NCBI GenBank assembly: GCA_002269645.1
Contig: NIVC01001049.1
Span: 62,001 to 126,000, forward strand
Reading direction: 5' to 3'
DNA length: 64,000 nucleotides
Source: Macrostomum lignano
Taxonomy: Eukaryota
The position numbers and the translations under genes are program-made. This document shows, one piece after another, positions 31,781 to 44,200 of this stretch (within the stretch, counting starts at the first letter, position 1; every line of letters starts with the position of its first letter). Below the pieces are notes generated by a model. That model was not told where the DNA came from, did not search any database, and was given only the letters and a program-made list of their open reading frames with translations.

Positions 31781-34758
31781 TCACTCGTGCTTGAAGTGCT
31801 TGCTGGCCGAGTCCGACGGCTTCCTGCAGTGGCCGCCACCACCTCCGCCGACGCCGCCCGCCTCCTCGGCAGCCGCGGCGGCCGGCAGGTTGGCCAGCGG
31901 GTCGGCGGGCTGCAGCGGCGCGGGCTCGTGGTAGAACTTGCTCAGGATGGACTCTGGAGTCTGCGTGTACTTGATCAGCATTGATGGGGAGCGAAACAGG
32001 TACAGCAGCTTGGCGAACAGCTCCTCCTCCAGTTCGAGCTCCTGGGACTCGCGGACCAAGTAGATGTCGTGCAGCAGAGCCAGGAGCCGATCCACGTGCG
32101 GCATGTCCACGTACATGACCAGGTAGTGGCGGGGGATGATGCCCGCCCGCAGCACCCGCGCGATGGAGATCACGAACACGGACAGGATGCCGTACATGCC
32201 CACCTTCTGGATGGCCTGTGGGACAGGGGGTGGGGGCGGTTTGGCGTTGGAGTGGCGTTGTCATAGCAACAGCACAAGTGACATCATAGCAGTTGAATAC
32301 GAAACAGTATTCTACACTGCATAGCGACCACAATGGAAACCACTGCATAGTAACCAGAATAGCAGCCACTGCATAGCAACCAACATAGAAGCTACTGCAT
32401 AGCAACCAGCATAGAAACCACTGCATAGCAACCAGCCTAAAAACCACTCCATGGCAACCAGCATGGAAACCACTGCATAGCAACCAGCATGGAAACCACT
32501 GCATAGCAACCAGCCTAGAAGCCATAGCAACCAGCATAACAACCGCTGCATAGCAACCACTGGATAGCAACAGCATAGCAACTATAATAGCACTCCTCTA
32601 ACCTGAATAAGCCGGTTCTCAGACTTGGACCGCTCCGAGAAGAACACCAGCCGCAGAATGTTGTGCATGTCGGCCTGGCCCACCTGCCTGCCCGTGCGGT
32701 TCATCGGGCACAGAAAGTTGCCGCTGTAGATGTCCTGCAGCTCCCACCAGGACACGCTGTTCTCGTCAGATCGTAGGTCAGCCTGAAGAGCACCAATTCA
32801 GAGTTGCTTTATTGACTCAGGGGATTAGTGAATGCTTTTCAATGTAGATGTGAGCAGCAGTGATCACAGGTGAGACCCAATGACACCGGTGAATGGTGCC
32901 GAGATCACAGGTGAGACCCAATGACACCGGTGAATGGAATGGAGATAACAGGTGAGACCCAATGACACTAGTGAATGGAATGGAGATCACAGGTGAGACC
33001 CAATGACACCGGTGAATGGAATGGAGATCACAGGTGAGATCCAATGACACCGGTGAATGGTGCCAAGATCACAGATGACTCGAGATGAGACCCAATGACA
33101 ACGGTGAATGGAATGGAGATCACAGATGACTCGAGATGAGACCCAATGACAACGGTGAATGGAATGGAGATCACAGGTGAGACCCAATGACAACGGTGAA
33201 TGGAATGGAGATCACAGGTGAGACCTAATGACAACGGTGAATGGAATGGAGATCACAGGTGAGACCCAATGACACCGGTGAATGGAATGGAGATCACAGG
33301 TGAGACCTAATGACAACGGTGAATGGAATGGAGATCACAGGTGAGACCCAATGACAACGGTGAATGGAATGGAGATCACAGGTGAGACCCAATGACACCG
33401 GTGAATGGCACCGAGATCAACAGGTGAGACCTAATGACAACGGTGAATGGAATGGAGATCACAGGTGAGACCCAATGACACCGGTGAATGGCACCGAGAT
33501 CAACAGGTGAGACCCAATGACACCGGTGAATGGCGAGAGCACAGGTGAGCAACCGGTGTCACCTGAATGTCAATCCTGCTGGTGTTGAGCTTCTTAGCGG
33601 GCAGGCTGTTGCTCAGCGGCTCCATGCCACCAGAGGGGTCGCTGCTGAGCAGGAGGAAGCGGTCGCCAATCTGGTGGAAGGTGACGGAGGCGTTGGCGGC
33701 CGAGCTGTTGAGCACCCGGATGAGGCTCTCCCGCACAGGGGTGCCGAACCCAAGCTCCCGTTCGAACACTTTCTTCCGCGAGACGCCGCCGTCCTTGGAG
33801 CGGAGGCACTCGAGCTTGAAGAAGAGCCGCACAGTGCTGCGGTTGTTGCCGAGCTCCTTGCTGAGGGCGCGGCGCGACGGCGGCGTGATGGTCCACAGCA
33901 CGCTGGACATGCCGTCGAATTCCACAATGTAGGCGGTGGTGGACTGCAGCAGGTGGCCCATGCGCTTGTCCGCCTCCTGGGGAGCGGGTAGGGGAGTTGA
34001 AGGAGCCGGCTAAGGCCTAAGGATAAAATTCTCCCCAGCATTAGATCTAGAGATATAATAAAATCAGTTTTAGCATGTTGTTGCAGAGTTAAATAGGAGC
34101 GATGCTCAAACTGCTCTACTATAAGTAGGTCTGTAATGCGTTTTATCAGTCTCAGTTTTAAATAGCAGTAAACAGTTGACGAGAAATAAAGCATTTTATG
34201 AGAATTATAAGCGCACGCACTCTGTCAAATGAGGCTCCATCTCAGATATAAATTGTTGCTATGCTCAGCCTGAATATAAGCTATAGGCGCAGTTATAACA
34301 CAATGCCATTGTTACCTGGTGGTAGGCGGGCCTGCCTAGGCGAAAGGGGTCTGACTGCTACGGGATGGAGGGGGTGGGGGAAGCTGCGGAGCTGCATCGG
34401 TACTGTTTTTCATTATTCAGCACAAGGCGGATGCGACATGCAGATGGCAGATTGGCTCAACTGGGTTTGTGAAAATTAAGCAGCAGAAATAAAAATTCAA
34501 GGCGGCTCAATCTGTGCGCTCACGAGCGGCCTGCGGATCTTATGACAGCTCATCTCAGCGTGAAACGACCCGGATCTCAATATGTAAAACATGTTAATGC
34601 GGCCTGCTTTTTCCAGAAAAGCTACCAATTATCAAATTCTAGGAAATTAAAAATTAAGCCTGTTAGTGTGCTTGTCTGTCTGTCTGTCTTAGTGTCTGTC
34701 TCTGTCTGTGTCTGTCTTAGTGTCTGTCTCTGTCTTAGTGTCTGTCTGTCTGTCTTAC

Positions 34759-34791
<33 letters not shown>

Positions 34792-34794
34792 TAC

Positions 34795-34887
<93 letters not shown>

Positions 34888-34926
34888 TACTGTCTGTCTG
34901 TCTGTCTGTCTTACTGTCTGTCTTAC

Positions 34927-34987
<61 letters not shown>

Positions 34988-35026
34988 TACTGTCTGTCTT
35001 ACTGTCTGTCTGTCTGTCTGTCTTAC

Positions 35027-35071
<45 letters not shown>

Positions 35072-35074
35072 TAC

Positions 35075-35139
<65 letters not shown>

Positions 35140-35142
35140 TAC

Positions 35143-35179
<37 letters not shown>

Positions 35180-35182
35180 TAC

Positions 35183-35227
<45 letters not shown>

Positions 35228-38200
35228 TACTGTCTGTCTGTCTGTCTGTCTGTATGTCTGCCCACCCGCAGGCACGCACCTCGCCCTTCTTAGCGAAGCA
35301 GTCGTGCACGAAGGTCCGGTTCTCCTGCGTGAAGCCCTTCACGCTGGTTGTCCGCAGGGTGTACAGCGGTGTAAAGGAGCCGATGGACAGCTCAGAGGTG
35401 CACGAGGTCACGTGATTGATCTCCAAGAAGACGTTGCTCATCACGGAGAACCAGAGCACGGGCGCCCAGATGCAGGCCACGATGAGGGCAATGAGCCAGA
35501 ATCCCGGACAGTACTTGTAGCAAGGTGTCCGGTTCTTGGCCCGCTCCGTGGGGTAGTCGATCTCGGCCCGGCGCCAGCACTTCGACACGAAGATGACGCT
35601 GTAGATGTCCTCAACCAGCAGCCAGTGGGAGATGCTGAGCGCAGTGTTGGTGAGCATCCAGTCCATGACAGACCGCAGCTCGAACAGGAACGGAATGATG
35701 AGGTAGATCTTGAATGAGAACAGGTTCAGGTAGTTCTGCCGCTTGCAGATGAAGTTGCCAAGGACGCGCGACGGGTAGCCCGAGAGGATCTGATAGGCTG
35801 ACAGGGCGAAGTACACGCACTTGGAGGCGTAGAACATCTTGATCACCCAGCTGCGGGACACGTAATCGGCTCTGCGGGGGCGGCGGGACGGTTAAAAGTA
35901 CATTTCAGACAGGATATTTAAATATCCACTTCATTTCATAGTTTTACCACCGCTACTGAGCTGTGATCAGTAATGGAATTTTGAACCAGTGTTGGGATTA
36001 TTGGGATCAGAGATGGGATTTTGGGATCAGTGATGGGATTATTGGGATCAGTGTTGGGATTGTTGGGATCAGTGATGGGATTATTGGGATCAGTGTTGGG
36101 ATTATTGGGATCAGTGTTGGGATTATTGGGATCAGTGTTGGGATTATTGGGATCAGTGTTGGGATTATTGGGATCAGAGTTGGGATTATTGGGATCAGAG
36201 TTGGGATTACTGGGATCAGTGATGGGATTATTGGGATCAGTGATGGGATTATTGGGATCAGTGTTGGGATTATTGGGATCAGTGTTGGGATTATTGGGAT
36301 CAGTGTTGGGATTATTGGGATCAGTGTTGGGATTATTGGGATCAGAGTTGGGATTATTGGGATCAGAGTTGGGATTACTGGGATCAGTGTTGGGATTACT
36401 GGGATCAGAGTTGGGATTATTGGGATCAGTGTTGGGATTATTGGGATCAGTGATGGGATTATTGGGATCAGAGTTGGGATTATTGGGATCAGTTTTGGGA
36501 TTACTGGGATCAGTGATGGGATTATTGGGATCAGTGTTGGGATTATTGGGATCAGTGTTGGGATTATTGGGATCAGTGATGGGATTATTGGGATCAGTGA
36601 TGGGATTATTGGGATCAGTGATGGGATTATTGGGATCAGTGTTGGGATTATTGGTATCAGTGTTGGGATTATTGGGATCTATCTTGGCATTTTAAGATCA
36701 GAGTTAGGATTGCGGAATCAGAAATAAAGCTCCAACGCTCACGAGGTCATGTAGGGCAGGATGAACTTCAGGTAGACGTGCAGCAAAGTCACATGCAGCA
36801 GGTGAAAGAAGAATTTGCCCCGCCTGGAGCGGGTGAGGAAGAGGCCGCGGTCCACCAGCAGCATGGTGAACTGCACGAACATGGTCAGCGTGAGAGTCAG
36901 CGGGATCTGCGCGAATTGAAGGATTTATTTAGTTATTAAAATGCTTGCATTACTACTTAGCGAGTAGAGCAGCGAGAGCCTCACCTCCTCCTTGGAGATG
37001 TAGGTGATGATGTTCTCGTCCTCGACTCGGCCGGGGCCAGCGAAGCCGGCCGTGTAGCCGAAGAAGATGATGAGCAACGACACGAACTCGCTGATGAACA
37101 TCCAGGAGTACAGGTCCACCCGCACCGAGATGTTCGGGTCCGCGATCTTCTTGAAGAACTCGCGAAACGGATGGCAGGTCAGGCAGCTCAGCAGGCAGGA
37201 GGTCGGGTAGGAGGACTTGGACCGGCGCCCGCTCCGATGCTGGGGGGGGGGAGCGGGAGCTGCTGCTGCCTGTTGCACAATTATCCAACCTCCTACAGCC
37301 ATTCCGCCCTCTCCTACAGCCATTCCGCCCTCTCTCACAACCATTCCGCACATTCTACAGCCATTCCGCCCTCTCCTACAGCCATTCCGCACATTCTACA
37401 GCCATTCCGCCCTCTCCTACAGCCATTCCGCACATTCTACAGCCATTCCGCCCTCTCCTACAGCCATTCCGCACATTCTACAGCCATTCCGCCCTCTCCT
37501 ACTGCCATTCCGCACATTCTACAGCCATTCCGCCCTCTCCTACAGCCATTCCGCACATTCTACAGCCATTCCGCCCTCTCCTACAGCCATTCCGCACATT
37601 CTACGGCCATTCCGCCCTCTCCTACGGCCATTCCGCACATTCTACAGCCATTCCGCCCTCTCCTACAGCCATTCCGCACATTCTACAGCCATTCCGCCCT
37701 CTCCTACAGCCATTCCGCACATTCTACAGCCATTCCGCCCTCTCCTACAGCCATTCCGCCCTCCTCCGAGCGTACAGCCATTTCGCCCACCCTCCTACAA
37801 CCATTCCGCCCTCTCCTACAGCACTCTTCCTACAGCCATTCCGCTCTCTCACTAGAGTCACCCCGCCCTCTGCTACAGCCATTCCGCTCTCTCACTAGAG
37901 TCACCCCGCCCTCTGCTACAGCCATTCCGCTCTCTCACTAGAGTCACCCCAACAGTCACTCCGCCCAAAAACAGTAAATCGCTCTTACCTACAGAAACAG
38001 AAGCCCCCACCCTAACCTACAGACCATCCTCTCCAACACAGCCCTTCAGAATCCAGTACGCCCTGTCAACTCACCCCATCTGCAGCTTCATCAAAGAACT
38101 GCCTGGACCTGTCCAGCCCGTCCTCAGACTCCAGCCCGTCGGTGCTGCCCACTACCGCCTCAGGCGTCAGCGGCGAAGGCGTCGGCGAAGGCGGCACCTG

Positions 38201-41200
38201 CGGCCGGAATCGCCGGTAGCGAATGCCGCCGTCGGCAACGTCAGCCGCTGAACTGTCGCCGCCCAGCGCCTCCTTGGCGATCGTCGAAGGCTCCGCGGTG
38301 CCAACACTGCCGCGGGTTGCTTGCGCTGCGGGCCGGGAGGAAAAATAATAATGCGGAATCAGGTTTGAAGTTGCGCAACATATTGATAGCATTAGGAAAA
38401 TCGCTTAAATATAGTTATTTACGCAACATATCGGTAGCTGGATACAGCTTCGGAAAATAGTCTAAATATAATCATTTACGCAACATATCGGTAGCTTAAT
38501 CGGAGATTTGGAGAAAGCCTAAATATAGATTTCTACGCAACATATGGGTAGCTTAATAAAGATTCAGAAAATCGTCTAAATAAAGTTATTTACGCAACAT
38601 ATCGGTAGCTTTGTCAGCCTAATTAAAAAACCCTACAGCCACAAACTCAACAGGCAAACTGCTCACAGGGTCTGTGTCGCCCAGTCCCAGAGTAGAACAT
38701 GGAGGTGGTGTGCTGCCTGGAGATGTCCCACAGTCCGTAGCGCTTCAGGCTGCTCCGCTGCAGGAACAGCAGGCCCAGGATGATGATCTCGGCAACCGGG
38801 GTCGAGTAGTCGCTGGTAGCGCCGATCTCGTTGGCGAACCAGGCAGCCAGGAGGCCGCTGTCCTCCCTGATCAGCTCCTTCTTGATCACGGTGAACTGCA
38901 GCGCGTACTTCACTACTATGAGTAGCATTGTGTAGGCGATGGCGGACAGCCAGAAGCGCTTGGTGGGGAAGGGCACGGACAGCATGCCCCACATGAACAC
39001 CACCAGCGGGTACGACAGCGAGAACACCGTGCAGTTCAACAGGTGATAGGTTACCATGGCAACGTAGCACAGCGGTGTCAGGCGGGAGAACAGCAGGTAC
39101 TGCAGCAGCAGCAGCAGCTGGCCGGCTGCCTGCCCGAGGGTCTGCGGCTCCGGCAGCGGCTCCAGCGGCACGTCGCTTGAGTCCTCGTCCTCCTGGATGC
39201 ACTCCTCCGGGTAGGGCCGGATGCTCAGCTCCACGCCGCCCTGCGCGTCCACCGCCGACTCGCCCAGGCGCTCGTCCTTGGCCTCCAGCTTGCTCTGCAT
39301 CATCTGGTCCTTGATCTTGCGGTAGTCCTCGGTGGCGCGGTCCAGCAGGCTGCACAGCACCCGCAGCAGAGCCAGCAGGTTGCGGCCCAGCGCCGACACC
39401 ACCCACCACACCAGGCTCCAGGCCCGCGAATTGCCGCCCTCCGCGCCTGCGTCCTCCTCCTCCTCGTCGTCGAAGTCCTCGTGGTCGCCTTCATAGCTGC
39501 TGGCCGACACCCCGGCAGCGGCCACGGCTGCGGCCAGGCCATCTCCGGCCAGCAGCGTGCCGGCAGCCTCCGAAGCGAGGGTTGGGTAGCCCGCCGCCAC
39601 GTGGCCTCTGCCGATGCTGCCGTCGCCGACATCGCCGAGACCGCGGACTGGCGGCGGGGGCGGGCGCTGATGGACGAAGGACAACTGCAGCCGCTGCTGG
39701 TCGGAGAGCGCCGGCGACTGAAGGGATTGGAATGTTAGGAATGGGTTGCTAGTCTGACCTATACGGATTGCTAGCCTGACCAATATGGATTGCTAGTCTG
39801 ACCAATATGGATTGCTAGTCTAGCCAATATGGATTGCTAGCCTGGCCACCCCGAACTGCCGGCCCACCTGCTGCCGGAAGTCGCTGCCGATGCTCCGCAT
39901 TAGCATGGCCTCGTTGAGGTCAACCAGCGTGTTGCTGGCACTCAGCACGGGGGTGGTGGGCGGCGGCGGCACCTCCATGAGGCTGTGCTGCAGCTGCAGC
40001 GGCTGTTCAGTCGAGGCCGACATCGCCGCGTCGTTGTCGGCACCAGCCGCTCCGTCGGTGTCCTCGCGGAAGCGGCAGCAGCAGCGGCCGCCGCGGCTGC
40101 CAGTTCGAGCTCCTCGGGAATCGGCGGACCGGCCAGCAGCAGCGAGTGCCGTTCCTCGCCCGACAGCGCCGAGGCAGTGGCGGCAGTGGCAGCGGCGGTG
40201 GGCGTGGCGCCGGCCACCAGGCGCTTGAGCTCGTCCTCGTTGATGGAGACGGAGCGGGAGTAGCGCCGCTGGCCGAGCGTGTTGATGGTCTTGCGGATCA
40301 TCTCGCCCGGCTTCTGGGCGAACTCGGTGGCCTTCAGCAGGCCCTGCTCGATGAGGTTCTCGGCGGCGGTCGGCTGCCAGTGCGGGTCGGGCTCGTCCTC
40401 GGCGGACTCGTCAATGGTGAGCACCTTGTTGCCGTCCGCGTCCACGGCGTAGAACAGGTCGCGGGTACCGGACCGGACGGCCTGGTGGGGTTGGCATGGC
40501 GGGCGGCTTCATTACTATTGGAATTGCAAGCCTGCCAATCATTATCATAGCTTAATGATGGGGCGGAGCAGCTGGCTATGGCGCCAAAACACGCGCGGGT
40601 TCGATTCCGTGCGCAAAAGATGGGGCGGAGCAGCTGGCTATGGCGCCAAAACACGCGCGGGTTCGATTCCGTGCGCAAAAAGATGGGGCGGAGCAGCTGG
40701 CTATGGCGCCAAAACACGCGCGGGTTCGATTCCGTGCGCAAAAGATGGGGCGGAGCAGCTGGCTATGGCGCCAAAACACGCGCGGGTTCGATTCCGTGCG
40801 CAAAAGATGGGGCGGAGCAGCTGGCTATGGCGCCAAAACACGCGCGGGTTCGATTCCGTGCGCAAAAGATGGGGCGGAGCAGCTGGCTATGGCGCCAAAA
40901 CACGCGCGGGTTCGATTCCGTGCGCAAACAAAGTTGGCCAATTTCCAGAGGGCACAGAGAGTGTTCATGCCTGGGAAACTACGTAAATTGTTATATTGCT
41001 TTTGATAGGAGGCGGACCCAATGTTCATATTTTGATATGCTGTGCCTTTCTTATGGCTCCATTGATATTCATAGAGCTTTTTGTGCAAAAATTAGGATTC
41101 TATTTTATCATGTGTTGCTAAGAATGATAAAGTAGATTCATAAAACCAATGAGCCGAGCCGTGCCATCTTTTTGGGTTTTAGGCATTTTCTAAGAAACGT

Positions 41201-44200
41201 AGAGACTTTCCCGTCTCTTCTACTTCAGTAGTCCTTGGTATTTAGTAGTCTGTATGTATAAGAGACGGCATAGCACTGAGGGGGGGGGGTGGCAGGCCCA
41301 AATAAAACTCTGCTCACCTGAAAGTGCTCAGTGATTTCGCGTTTCTGCCGTTTGCGCGACTTCAGATGCTCAACCTTGCGCCGGATGTACTCAACTTCGT
41401 TGAGCTCCTCGGCCTGGTTCTGCTCCTTCTGGCGCCTCATCGAGGCCGTGATTATTCGCGCGCCCTTGGAGGTGAAGGAGTTCTGGATCTCCGTGTCCAG
41501 CCGCACCTCGGTGAAGTAGGTGGTGAGGAACACCCGCTTCTGTACGATCATAAAGATGAAGCAGACCATGTCCATCACGATGCCTGCCGGGTTCAGGACG
41601 GGATTGCGGCTGTTGTGAGCGCTTGTACTTTTATTGAAAATGCAGAAATTCTATGCGAAGATATTCCAATCCTAAGGGAACCAATAACGCTCTAGAAATA
41701 CCGTATAAAATCTATGGAAATCCCTGAAAATCCTCAAAACCCTTAGGAATCCCTCAAAACCCACTGAAATCCTCCAAAACCCACTGAAATCCTCCAAAAC
41801 CCACTAAAAGCATCCAAAACCCACTGAAATCATCCAAAACCCACTGAAATACTCCAAAACCCACTGAAGTCCTCCAAAACCCACTGAAATCCTCCAAAAC
41901 CCACTGAAATTTCCACTGAACCCATTAAAACCCACGAAACTCCAAACCTATGAAAATACTCAAAAAATCATGAAAATTGCTAAACCCCGAAAATCGTAAA
42001 TAAAGAAATCTCACAGAATCACACGGAATAACCGCGGATTTTCCAAGAGCCAACTTTGGGTTTTCAAACCGTCAAAGGCAGAAACTAAAACCTCCTGCAA
42101 CCCAAATGAACTACCCAACTTCTTTTAAAATCCGCAAGCGGAACTCACCCGGATTGTTGATGGAGCTGTCCCAGGAGTTGTCGATGGCGTACTCAGTGAA
42201 GGCCTTCATATTAAGGCACTGAATGCCGAACACCTGGTGCTTCCAGTCGACGCTGTGCTGCGGAAACGAGCAGCCGATGATCTGCAGCAGGCACTTGCAC
42301 AGCACCACGAATACGTTGAGGCCCAGGGCGGCGTTCCACAGCTTAATGAGCTTCTTGCGCTGCTGCAGCAGGAAGCGGTGGCCCTTGCCGATGAAGTAGA
42401 AGGCGGTCAGGATGTACAGGAAGGAGAACATGTTGAATGACAGAAAGCCCAGGATCAGCAGCAGAAACGGGCAGGCCCAGAATATCCAGGAGAAGATCAG
42501 CCTGAGCAGCAGGATGAGCAGGTCTGCGGATCTGCAAATGGTTTGCATTGTTTGGACTTGTTGTTGGTGTATAGCCTGACGGGCATGGGTGGGTCAAGTA
42601 TATAGACAGGGTCATAGATGGGTCAACTATATAGACAGGGTCATAGATGGGTCAAGTATATAGACAGGGTCATAGATAGGTCAAGTATATAGACAGGGTC
42701 ATAGATGGGTCAACTATGAGGACAAGGTCATAGATGGGTCAACTAAGTAGACAGGGTCATAGATGGGTCAACTAAGTAGACAGGGTCATAGATGGGTCAA
42801 CTAAATAGACAGGGTCATAGATGGGTCAAATAAGTAGACAGGGTCATAGATGGGTCAACTAAATAGACAAGTGTCATAGATGAGTCAAATAAGTAGACAT
42901 GGTCATAGATGGGTCAACTAAGTAGAAAGGGTCATAGATGGGTTAGAAATGTGTTGAACATGTAGATGAAATCATATATTAGGTGATAAATCTAGATGGG
43001 ATAATTAATACTGAGGTCAGTGATGGTGTTATACATGGGATCACAGACATGGGATACATGTACATGCAGTTGGGTCAGAGACGGGGTTTTGAATAGGTCC
43101 ATAGATTGGGTCTTATATTAGTTCATAAGGGCTCATAGCTCAAAAATAGGCATTCTTTAAAGTAGTTCCAGCCTCACTTCGAGTTCATGAAGGAGTTCCG
43201 CAGGCGCAGCATTGGCGCCACGTCGCGCCAGACGGGGTCGTTGGAGCTGTCGTAGCCGGCGCCGCCGTTGTAGACTTCGGCTTTGAACACCCGGTGCTGG
43301 CAGCTCACCAGCACTAGCAGGAAGTAGTCGGCTGTGGGGGGGAGTTGAAAGAGAGGTCTGTTAGGGCGAGGTCAGAATTCCAGGCCAAATGTGGCAATGC
43401 TAAATGATAAGGACTACTAAAATGGTGTCCATGGCGGCTCATGAAAATGCCAAGGACTACTAAAATGGTGTCCATGGCGGCTCATCAAATACCAAGGTCT
43501 ACTAAAATGGTGTCCATGGCGGCTCATCAAATACCAAGGACTACTAAAATGGTGTCCATGGTGGCTCATGAAAATGCCAAGGACTGCTACCATGGTGTCC
43601 ATGGTGGCTCATGAAAATGCCAAGGACTGCTAAAATGGTGTCCATGGCGGCTCATCAACTGCCAAAGACTACTAAAATGCCCCAACACCCGGCCACTCAC
43701 CGATGAGTTTCTGCGCCAGCGGGGGCGCATTGTAGGCCGGCAGGAACATCCAGTGCCGGAAGTTGTCGGTGAGCACGTAGCGGATGCTGGCCTGAGCGCG
43801 GATATCGCTGCGGAACCAGGGATACTCCAGGCAGAGCATGGGCGGGTAGCCGCAGGCCAGGAGGAACTGGGCCAGGAAGGTGAAGCACAGCAGCAGGCGG
43901 AAAACAATCCACAGGCGGCGCACCAGCCTCCGCTGCATGAAGGTGAAGATGAGCAGGAACAGCATGTACAGGCAGCTGAGCAGGTCCAGGCGGAGGCAGG
44001 ACACAACCACTGTGGCCGTGTACGCCAGCTCCAGGCCGAACTTGTAGCAGCCGAAGTTGGCCAGCAGCTTCACCAGGGTGCCGACCAGGCCGGTGGAAGA
44101 CTCGGCTGGCGCGGCGGCTCCCGCGGTCGGCGGCGGAGCGGCGGGCTGACCGATGACGCGGGCCCGGTAGAATTTCTCAAAGTCGGCGAAGGCGAAGTTG

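Noticed and set aside
31569-32576. 335-aa ORF overlapping the Piezo last exon
   Set aside because: An off-frame reading through an intronic repeat; the Piezo frame (31781-32215) explains the sequence.
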